Assembly (NCBI GenBank): GCA_947036995.1
Contig: CAMQTD010000001.1
Location: forward strand, 1 to 51,092
Origin: an uncultured Parabacteroides sp.
GTDB lineage: Bacteria; Bacteroidota; Bacteroidia; Bacteroidales; Tannerellaceae
Length of the DNA: 51,092 nucleotides
Reading direction: 5' to 3'
The position numbers were made by a program, and so were the translations under genes. A model generated the notes under the pieces. It was not told where the DNA came from and searched no databases. It saw nothing but the letters and a program-made list of their open reading frames with translations. Below, piece after piece: positions 21,992 to 29,116 of this stretch (positions are counted from its first letter, which is position 1; every line of letters begins with the position of its first letter).

Positions 21992-22552
21992 TTATCTTAT
22001 CACTTTTATTTCGCCGCTAAGCCCTAGTTTAATTATACCTGATGGAGCACTTTTTTGTTTTTCTTCTTGTCTATATTTCACAATATAGTCTACACCTTGT
22101 TTGATCTCTTTTGATATTTCCGAGAATTGAGCAGGCGAAGCTTTGCCACTTATATTAGCCGATGTAGAAACAATTGGTCTACGCATACGCTCGCAAAGTT
22201 TCTTAGAAAATGCTTCTTGCGTCATACGCATACCCACAGTTCCATCTTCTCCTATAAGATTGGGTGCTAAATTGCGCGCTCCAGGGTAAATAATAGTTAG
22301 CGGTTTGTCTGAAACTTCTATCAAATCCCAAGCAATGTCTGGCACTTCGCTAATATAAGATTGTAGCTTAGCCGAACTATCAATAAGCACCAACATCGAC
22401 TTGCTATCTTCGCGTTGCTTTAGTTCATACACCTTCTTTACCGCTTCTGCATTTGTTGCATCGCATCCTATTCCCCAAATCGTATCTGTTGGATAAAGTA
22501 TTATCCCTCCTGCTTGCATGATCTTACATGCTTGTTTTATATCGTCTTCCAT
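21992..22552 (-). CDS. tsaC: L-threonylcarbamoyladenylate synthase (TsaC/YrdC family)
   Basis: YrdC motif ILYPTDTIWGIGCDA and STSANISG. I place the start at ATG 22552 because the ORF-track TTG at 22579 lies inside the -7 box. Confidence 0.85.
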   Translation of the reverse strand: MEDDIKQACKIMQAGGIILYPTDTIWGIGCDATNAEAVKKVYELKQREDSKSMLVLIDSSAKLQSYISEVPDIAWDLIEVSDKPLTIIYPGARNLAPNLIGEDGTVGMRMTQEAFSKKLCERMRRPIVSTSANISGKASPAQFSEISKEIKQGVDYIVKYRQEEKQKSAPSGIIKLGLSGEIKVIR

Positions 22553-22576
22553 TGTTTTATTTATTGTATTCCAACA

Positions 22577-22584
22577 CAAAAATA
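22577..22584 (-). promoter_or_regulatory. -7 box TATTTTTG (minus strand) for tsaC-ClC-fmt
   Basis: The reverse complement of CAAAAATA matches TAnnTTTG, 25 nt upstream of ATG 22552. Confidence 0.5.
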
Positions 22585-22656
22585 CAAATGATTATTCATT
22601 ATTAAGGCATAAAAGAGAAATAGTTTCTCACAGCACACTTCTTTCTCTTTATAACG

Positions 22657-22704
22657 AACAAAAGTCTTTAAACAATCTATACGAATTGTTTAAAGACTTT
22701 TGTT
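22657..22704 (-). terminator. 20-bp perfect hairpin downstream of the rluA-family gene (putative terminator without a clear U-tract)
   Basis: AACAAAAGTCTTTAAACAAT (22657-22676) / ATTGTTTAAAGACTTTTGTT (22685-22704) with an 8-nt loop. Confidence 0.5.
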
Positions 22705-22749
22705 TCAGAAATATCAACGCATTGTTATTTCTAAGTATGAATAGTCAAA

Positions 22750-23427
22750 TTAGTCTATGCCCTGTGTAATATCTAACCACAATTTATCATTCGGTACTGG
22801 AGCTACTAGTTCTATTAGAAGCTTCGATACAGGATGAATAAAAGAAGATCTACGCGAATGTAGGCTGATACCTCCATCTTTGTTAGAGCGATCTGCTCCA
22901 TACTTTAAATCCCCTTTGATTGAACATCCCATCTTCGCTAGCTGACAACGGATCTGATGATGGCGACCTGTTTTAAGATCTACCTCCAAGAGCGTATAAT
23001 TGTCCGACTTTGCAATCACCTTGTAATCCAAGATAGCTTTTTTGGAATCGGCACGCTCCGTATCGTAGGCATAACTTTTGTTTTGCTTTTCGTTACGTAC
23101 AAGGTAGTGCTCTAGTGTTCCAGCTGCTTCTTGCGGCGCATTCTTCACAATTGCCCAATAGGTTTTTTTGACCTCTCCAAGCCTAAACATTTCATTTAAG
23201 CGAGGGAGTGCTTTGCTTGTTTTAGCCATTAGAACCAATCCTGTTACAGGACGATCCAAACGGTGTGCTACACCGACGTAAACATTTCCAGGTTTAGCAT
23301 ATTTCTCTTTAATCCATAGCTTTACTATTTCAGAAAGAGGCATGTCCCCAGTTTTGTCTCCTTGAACTATTTCGTGGCAGTTTTTATTGACTGCAATAAT
23401 ATGATTATCTTCGTAAACGACTTCCAT
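22750..23427 (-). CDS. RluA-family RNA pseudouridine synthase (no S4 domain)
   Basis: Catalytic motif HRLDRPVTG, plus KTGRHHQIR. Length is 225 aa. Confidence 0.85.
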   Translation of the reverse strand: MEVVYEDNHIIAVNKNCHEIVQGDKTGDMPLSEIVKLWIKEKYAKPGNVYVGVAHRLDRPVTGLVLMAKTSKALPRLNEMFRLGEVKKTYWAIVKNAPQEAAGTLEHYLVRNEKQNKSYAYDTERADSKKAILDYKVIAKSDNYTLLEVDLKTGRHHQIRCQLAKMGCSIKGDLKYGADRSNKDGGISLHSRRSSFIHPVSKLLIELVAPVPNDKLWLDITQGID

Positions 23428-23428
23428 C

Positions 23429-24175
23429 TTACATGTTCATTCCACCACAACAGTGGATTACCTGACCTGTAACATAGCTTGAAAGATCTGAAGCTAAGAA
23501 TGTAGCTACATTCGCAACATCTTCGGCAGTACCTCCACGGCGCAACGGAATTTGCTTAGCCCATTGCTCACGCACTTCGTCAGACAAAGCAGCTGTCATA
23601 TCTGTAATGATAAATCCTGGTGCAATTGCATTGGCACGTACACCACGTGAACCAATCTCTTTGGCAATACTTTTTGCCAATCCAATCATTCCAGCCTTAG
23701 AAGCTGAATAGTTACATTGCCCAGCATTACCAGAAACACCTACTACAGAAGCCATATTAATGATGCTACCTGCTTTTTGTTTCATCATAATTGGCGTGAT
23801 AGCATGAATAAAGTTAAAGGCAGATTTTAAGTTTACGTTGATAACGGCATCCCATTGAGACTCTGTCATACGCATCATTAAACCATCTTTTGTAATACCT
23901 GCATTGTTTACAAGAATATCAACACGACCAAAATCAGCTTTAATTTCAGCTACAACGCGTGCTGTATCTTCGAAGTTTGCAGCATTCGAAGCATATCCTT
24001 TTGCTTTAACACCATAAGATTCAAGCTCTTTTTGTGTAGCTAAACCATTTTCGTCAATTACTAAGTCTGTAAAAGCAACTGAAGCACCTTCTTGTGCAAA
24101 TTTGATTGCAATTGCCTTACCAATACCACGAGCTGCGCCCGTTACAATGGCTACTTTTCCTTCTAATAATTTCAT
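23429..24175 (-). CDS. fabG: 3-oxoacyl-[ACP] reductase
   Basis: SDR motifs TGAARGIGKA, NNAG and YSASKAG. Length is 248 aa. Confidence 0.9.
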   Translation of the reverse strand: MKLLEGKVAIVTGAARGIGKAIAIKFAQEGASVAFTDLVIDENGLATQKELESYGVKAKGYASNAANFEDTARVVAEIKADFGRVDILVNNAGITKDGLMMRMTESQWDAVINVNLKSAFNFIHAITPIMMKQKAGSIINMASVVGVSGNAGQCNYSASKAGMIGLAKSIAKEIGSRGVRANAIAPGFIITDMTAALSDEVREQWAKQIPLRRGGTAEDVANVATFLASDLSSYVTGQVIHCCGGMNM

Positions 24176-24204
24176 ATTTCTATCGTTATTAAATATTGTT
24201 CTAT

Positions 24205-25149
24205 TTAAAATTTAATCAAGCATGCACCAGCAGAGTAACCTCCACCAAATACGGTGATGCAAATTAAATCGTCTTTTTTATATAATTCTTTATTTTGAGC
24301 ATACACTAAAGCAGAGCTAACTGATCCAGTATTTCCCAACTCTGTAATGTTTTGAAGAATTTTCTCTTCAGGTAGATTAAGCTGCTTGGCAATATTACTC
24401 ATAATGCGCAAGTTGGCTTGGTGTCCAATTAAATAAGAGAGGTTGTCCAATGTATATCCATTCTTCTCTAACAAAAACTGTGCATTCTTTGGCATATATG
24501 TACAGGCTTGGATGAATACATCTTTACCGTCAGGCATCACAATACCATCGTGCCCTGGGCGTAGTTGAACGCCACCAGGACCTTTACTTATATGTCCTAA
24601 TCCTTGTGTAAGAATATCTGTAATTTGCCCCTCACCCTCAGCACATGGTGCTTTAGATATAAAAAAGGCAGCTGCTGCATCACCCCATAAGTGTCCTGCT
24701 TTAGGATCACTTTCATTACAGTAAGCAGAGTTCTGATCTGCTGCAATAACGAGTGCTTTTGTGGCTTTACCCATAGCAAAATAACCCTCTACCACTTCGA
24801 GTGCATTCACAAACGAAGAACAGGCAGACGAAAGATAAAAAGCTTTAGCTTCTGTGATATTAAATTCGCGCTGTACAACGTGTGAAACCGTAGCCACCGT
24901 GTCGTAAGGCGAATAAGATGCTGTTATTATCAAATCTACCTCTGATATATCATAAGGTAACGATGGGATTGCATTTTGAACAGCAGCAATTGCCATTGTA
25001 TTCAAGTTCTCATCTTTTCCAGCTCTTGAACGCGTTACAATACCTGTGCGTTGTTGTATCCATTCACTCGTTAATCCATTAATCTCTAAAAAATAATCAT
25101 TATGCACGCGTCCTGCAGGTACATAAAATCCTGTTGTGTTAATATACAT
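24205..25149 (-). CDS. Beta-ketoacyl-ACP synthase III-like condensing enzyme
   Basis: Cys-His-Asn triad contexts SSACSS, GHQAN and GNTGS. Length is 314 aa. Confidence 0.8.
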   Translation of the reverse strand: MYINTTGFYVPAGRVHNDYFLEINGLTSEWIQQRTGIVTRSRAGKDENLNTMAIAAVQNAIPSLPYDISEVDLIITASYSPYDTVATVSHVVQREFNITEAKAFYLSSACSSFVNALEVVEGYFAMGKATKALVIAADQNSAYCNESDPKAGHLWGDAAAAFFISKAPCAEGEGQITDILTQGLGHISKGPGGVQLRPGHDGIVMPDGKDVFIQACTYMPKNAQFLLEKNGYTLDNLSYLIGHQANLRIMSNIAKQLNLPEEKILQNITELGNTGSVSSALVYAQNKELYKKDDLICITVFGGGYSAGACLIKF

Positions 25150-25164
25150 TCTATAAGTTATTGC

Positions 25165-25755
25165 TCACTTTTTTATTCCGTGAAATATTAAGTTCATCAC
25201 ATTGCCTCTTCGTTCAGCGTAATCGCTTGGAGTAATCCCCATTGTACCTCTTATGTATGGCACTTCAAGTCCTTTAAATGCATGATGCAAAACAACGGCT
25301 GTTAATCTTGGGTCTGGCATATCAAAAAGACCTTGATTCATTCCATCATTGAGTATTCCCTCTATAATGTCAGTCTCGCGGATATCATAGTTTTTACGTA
25401 CCTTTTCGACCTGCCATATATCTCGAAAGAAAGTTGCCTTTAGTGTTCCATTTCGAAACACAAGTTCTTTTATCGTATCTAAACGTGTATATATAAATAG
25501 AAGCAGCTTTTCATCTGCAGGCATATCTTTACTCGCTACATCTAATAGCATATTGTAAAGAGATTCCAATTCAGACTCTATCACTGCTAAGTATATTTCA
25601 TTTTTACTTTTGAAATAAGTATAAAGCGTACGTCTTCCTTTTTGAGATGCTTGTGCAATATCATTCATCGTTGTATTCTCCACGCCAATGCGTGCAAATA
25701 ACTGTCTGGCTTCATCCACCAGCATCGCTCTCGTTTTAGAAACTGTTGTCGGCAT
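25165..25755 (-). CDS. TetR/AcrR family transcriptional regulator
   Basis: N-terminal HTH ARQLFARIGVENTTMNDIAQASQKGRRTLYTYF. The start is placed at ATG 25755 (MPTTVSK); the ORF-track start is a TTG further upstream. Confidence 0.85.
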   Translation of the reverse strand: MPTTVSKTRAMLVDEARQLFARIGVENTTMNDIAQASQKGRRTLYTYFKSKNEIYLAVIESELESLYNMLLDVASKDMPADEKLLLFIYTRLDTIKELVFRNGTLKATFFRDIWQVEKVRKNYDIRETDIIEGILNDGMNQGLFDMPDPRLTAVVLHHAFKGLEVPYIRGTMGITPSDYAERRGNVMNLIFHGIKK

Positions 25756-25844
25756 ATCTGATTGCACATTTTGATTAAAACTGTGCGAAAGTACACAAAA
25801 AACCGCTATCAATGCAAGTAAATCAACATAAAATACTCATTTAT

Positions 25845-25852
25845 CAAAAATA
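25845..25852 (-). promoter_or_regulatory. -7 box TATTTTTG (minus strand) for the TetR-fabH-fabG-rluA unit
   Basis: The reverse complement of CAAAAATA matches TAnnTTTG, about 90 nt upstream of ATG 25755. Confidence 0.4.
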
Positions 25853-25887
25853 AATGCTTTTATATTTGGTTTGTAAATAAAATAGCT

Positions 25888-25895
25888 TACCTTTG
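25888..25895 (+). promoter_or_regulatory. -7 box TACCTTTG for tRNA-fMet
   Basis: TAnnTTTG match 27 nt upstream of the tRNA 5' end. A second match, TATATTTG, lies at 25861-25868. Confidence 0.55.
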
Positions 25896-25921
25896 CACTC
25901 GTTATCAAATAACAAACATAT

Positions 25922-25993
<72 letters not shown>

Positions 25994-26000
25994 CAATATT

Positions 26001-26036
26001 AAAGGTTTAGTTCTTCATTGAGCTAAACCTTTTTTC
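26001..26036 (+). terminator. Intrinsic terminator after tRNA-fMet
   Basis: AAAGGTTTAG (26001-26010) / CTAAACCTTT (26023-26032), followed by a T-run. Confidence 0.7.
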
Positions 26037-26056
26037 TGTATATATAAAAGAACTTG

Positions 26057-26064
26057 TATTTTTG
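26057..26064 (+). promoter_or_regulatory. -7 box TATTTTTG for the ykgJ-like gene
   Basis: TAnnTTTG match 32 nt upstream of ATG 26096. Confidence 0.5.
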
Positions 26065-26095
26065 CAGTCTCATTCACAACTAATATAAATAACAA

Positions 26096-26578
26096 ATGGA
26101 TTTAGACGCCCTCCGCCAGCGAGCCAAACAAGAAGAGAAGATAAACAAATCGTTTTTTAAATCTTTAAAAAAGAATCAACTTAGAGAACTTGATAATACC
26201 ATACATTACCTACACGAAGAGGTTTTTGAAGAGATTGATTGTTTAGAATGTGCCAACTGCTGCCGTTCTCTAGGCCCCCGCATCACAGATCGAGACATCG
26301 AACGCATGGCGAGTGGGCTACGACTCAAACCCCAAGAAGTTGTAAGCAAATACCTTCGCATTGATGAAGATAAAGATTATGTGTTCAAAACCATGCCTTG
26401 TCCTTTCTTAATGAGTGATAATTATTGCAGTATTTATGCAGACAGACCCAAAGCTTGTAGAGAGTATCCGCATACGGATCGAAAAAAGTTCTTTCAAATA
26501 CATGCCCTAACGATCAAAAATTGCGAAACATGCCCTGCTGTATTGGAAATATTAAACCGTTTACGTAAAGAATTTTAA
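26096..26578 (+). CDS. YkgJ-family cysteine-cluster protein (UPF0153, putative Fe-S/Zn binding)
   Basis: Cys pattern CLECANCC ... CPFL ... CSIY ... ACREYP. Confidence 0.75.
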   Translation: MDLDALRQRAKQEEKINKSFFKSLKKNQLRELDNTIHYLHEEVFEEIDCLECANCCRSLGPRITDRDIERMASGLRLKPQEVVSKYLRIDEDKDYVFKTMPCPFLMSDNYCSIYADRPKACREYPHTDRKKFFQIHALTIKNCETCPAVLEILNRLRKEF

Positions 26579-26609
26579 TAGATTTAAACCCTTAGTTAAA
26601 AAAAATATG

Positions 26610-26617
26610 TACTTTTG
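26610..26617 (+). promoter_or_regulatory. -7 box TACTTTTG for the cytochrome c peroxidase gene
   Basis: TAnnTTTG match 32 nt upstream of ATG 26649. It lies inside the longer ORF-track reading frame and so argues for the shorter start. Confidence 0.45.
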
Positions 26618-26648
26618 TACTCAGTACAAATTTAAAACAATTACGCAT

Positions 26649-28019
26649 ATGAATTCAACGAACAGATTAGCTAAAACAATGCTTACAGCTACGGCTGCAT
26701 TGAGCTTATTGGCTCTATCAAGCTGTGGCAGCAATGAGTACAAAAAATCAGCGGGCAATAAAAGCAAGCAGGTAGCCTCTATTCTTAAAGATAATGGATG
26801 TATGGAGTGTCACTCCGCAACTGCTCCTAAGCCTTTTTATGTAGACTTTCCAGTTATCGGAAAAACAGTTCAGAAAGACATCGTCGAAGGAATTCGCTAT
26901 GTGGATCTAACAGCTATGGTAGAAGCGCTTCAGAGCGGAAAAACGACCACAGAAGTTGATCTAACAAAAGTCGAATACGCTACACTAGGAGACAAAATGC
27001 CTCCAGCAAAATACACAGCTATTCACTGGGGTACCTCGCTTGACAGCGAAGAAAAGGCTGTCATTATCGATTGGGCTAAAGAAACCCGTGCTGCACACTT
27101 TAAAAGCAATTCTGTTGCTGCTGAATTTAGCAACGAACCCCTACAACCTTTAGCAATGATCGAAACGAATCCGAGCAAAGTAGCACTTGGAAACAAGTTG
27201 TTTCATGACACACGCCTTTCTGCAGATAATACCGTTTCGTGCGCTACATGTCATGGGTTAAATACAGGTGGAGTAGACCGCTTGCAATTCTCTGAAGGAA
27301 TCGCTGGGCAATTTGGCGGTATCAATGCACCTACCGTTTACAACTCAGCACTGAACTTTGTACAGTTTTGGGATGGTAGAGCTGCCGACTTAAAAGAACA
27401 AGCTGCTGGACCTCCTTTAAATCCGATCGAAATGGGACACACCTCATTCGATAATATTGTAGCAGCACTTGCCCTAGACGATGCATTTACTAAAGAGTTC
27501 AATGCTGTATACGCCGAAGGTCTTAGCCAATCATCTATCACGGATGCTATCGCTGAGTTCGAGAAAACACTACTCACACCAAGTCGTTTCGACAAATACC
27601 TCCAAGGGGACAAAAAAGCGCTAACAACAGATGAAATTGCAGGTTACGACATCTTTAAGCAAAATGATTGTGCCAGCTGCCATGTTGGTGAAAATATAGG
27701 TGGACAATCATATGAATATATGGGTATAAAAGCAAACTACTTCGATCATAGAGGCACTGGCTTAACAGATGGCGACAATGGCCGTTACAGTGTGACTAAA
27801 AACGAAGCTGATCGTCACCGTTTCAAAACACCGACTTTACGCAATATAGCTATCACTTATCCATATATGCACGATGGTTCTGCCAAAACACTTGAAGAAG
27901 CTATTAAACAGATGCACACATTCCAAATTGGAAAAGAAATCAACAACACAGAAATGACTCAATTAGTCTCTTTCTTGAATTCACTTACAGGTGAATACAA
28001 TGGAAAACAACTAAACTAA
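26649..28019 (+). CDS. Three-heme cytochrome c peroxidase lipoprotein (N-terminal haem-binding module plus di-haem CCP/MauG core)
   Basis: Signal peptide with lipobox LALSSC. Three CxxCH motifs are present (CMECH, CATCH, CASCH), plus CCP-type segments FKTPTLRN and PYMHDG. Confidence 0.85.
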   Translation: MNSTNRLAKTMLTATAALSLLALSSCGSNEYKKSAGNKSKQVASILKDNGCMECHSATAPKPFYVDFPVIGKTVQKDIVEGIRYVDLTAMVEALQSGKTTTEVDLTKVEYATLGDKMPPAKYTAIHWGTSLDSEEKAVIIDWAKETRAAHFKSNSVAAEFSNEPLQPLAMIETNPSKVALGNKLFHDTRLSADNTVSCATCHGLNTGGVDRLQFSEGIAGQFGGINAPTVYNSALNFVQFWDGRAADLKEQAAGPPLNPIEMGHTSFDNIVAALALDDAFTKEFNAVYAEGLSQSSITDAIAEFEKTLLTPSRFDKYLQGDKKALTTDEIAGYDIFKQNDCASCHVGENIGGQSYEYMGIKANYFDHRGTGLTDGDNGRYSVTKNEADRHRFKTPTLRNIAITYPYMHDGSAKTLEEAIKQMHTFQIGKEINNTEMTQLVSFLNSLTGEYNGKQLN

Positions 28020-28054
28020 ATCATTTTTAAACACCCAGAGGCATTCATTTTCCT

Positions 28055-28118
28055 CATAATAAAAGAGCAGCACTGCTACAATGAATTGTCATTGTAGCAG
28101 TGCTGCTCTTTTATTATG
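28055..28118 (+). terminator. 30-bp perfect palindrome downstream of the peroxidase gene (terminator-like)
   Basis: CATAATAAAAGAGCAGCACTGCTACAATGA (28055-28084) and its exact reverse complement (28089-28118), with a 4-nt loop. Confidence 0.7.
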
Positions 28119-28221
28119 TAATACCAGATCGAATAGCATACACGTACTATTCAAAGGCATGTATATTATCACACCCTAACTTGTAGAGAATGCAAGAATC
28201 TAGAAAACCTGATAATTAGAA

Positions 28222-28270
28222 TAAAAAAAAACGTTCAAATAAAATACCAAGGTATTTATATTTGAACGTT
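28222..28270 (-). terminator. Intrinsic terminator of the RRM protein gene
   Basis: AACGTTCAAATAAAATACC (28230-28248) / GGTATTTATATTTGAACGTT (28251-28270), near-perfect. On the minus strand it is followed by a 9-nt U-run. Confidence 0.8.
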
Positions 28271-28381
28271 CTAAATGCGAAGCGAACTTAAAGCTCAGCT
28301 TTGTATTTTTTTCTGATTCAATAAACGTAACCTGTTACAGATCTAATAAATTAGATTTAAACTAGATTACAGATTTACTTA

Positions 28382-28633
28382 TCAATAAGATTTTTTAGGT
28401 GTAGCCTCTTTAACTACCATAGTACGACCTTCGTATTCAGCACCGTTCAATTCTTTAATTGCGTTTTGTGCTTCTGCATCATTAGCCATTTCTACGAAAG
28501 CAAATCCTTTAGATCTGTTTGTGTCGCGGTCAATGATAAGTTTTGTAGATACTACTGTACCGTAATCTTCCATAACTTGTTGTAAATCTGACTCTCTAAC
28601 TTTGTAACTTAAGTTACCAATGTAAATGTTCAT
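28382..28633 (-). CDS. RRM-type RNA-binding protein
   Basis: RNP2 IYIGNL and RNP1 KGFAFVEM. The start is placed at ATG 28633 (MNIYIGNL); the upstream part of the ORF-track frame is AT-rich leader. Confidence 0.9.
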   Translation of the reverse strand: MNIYIGNLSYKVRESDLQQVMEDYGTVVSTKLIIDRDTNRSKGFAFVEMANDAEAQNAIKELNGAEYEGRTMVVKEATPKKSY

Positions 28634-29057
28634 AAGAAAACTGATATAAAATAAATAATTATAAAAAATAATAAACAATTTAAGTTTGAGGTTGATCTAA
28701 TTCAACAATATAAAGTTCTCACTAATGAGACGATTGTACAGTAGATTTAAAACCAAAGAAAAACTCTCTCTTGTTTGTTGACACAAAGAAAGTCATTTAA
28801 TTTGAAATAACTACTACTTTACTTGTTTATTTTTATCTACAAGCAATTTATTTTTCCTTTAAGCACTTAAAATAAACTCCACACATCAATAAAAGAACGA
28901 AATAAAGAGATAAAAGAGCTTACAATCCCCAATACATAATTCGAATACTACTGCGAATCATTATGTTAAGTGCCTATCAGATGGTATTTCTTATAACACG
29001 CACCTAGCTGGGATAATATTATTTGTTTTTGACGCATCTAACAGCACTCTTAAATGC

Positions 29058-29096
29058 AAAAAAAGGCTGCAATCCCGAAGGATGCAGCCTTTTTTA
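29058..29096 (-). terminator. Intrinsic terminator of secDF
   Basis: On the minus strand, AAGGCTGCATCC-TTCG-GGATTGCAGCCTT followed by a U-run, about 20 nt past the secDF stop. Confidence 0.85.
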
Positions 29097-29116
29097 TATG
29101 AATTGAATCAAATATA

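Noticed and set aside
26607-26648. Longer start of the peroxidase ORF (MYFCTQYKFKTITH...)
   Set aside because: A TACTTTTG -7 box lies at 26610-26617 inside it, and the Met at 26649 begins a textbook lipoprotein signal peptide.
28778-28783. TTGACA hexamer as a sigma-70 -35 box upstream of the RRM gene region
   Set aside because: It is on the wrong (plus) strand for the RRM gene, and Bacteroidota primary sigma factors use TTTG/TAnnTTTG rather than TTGACA/TATAAT.
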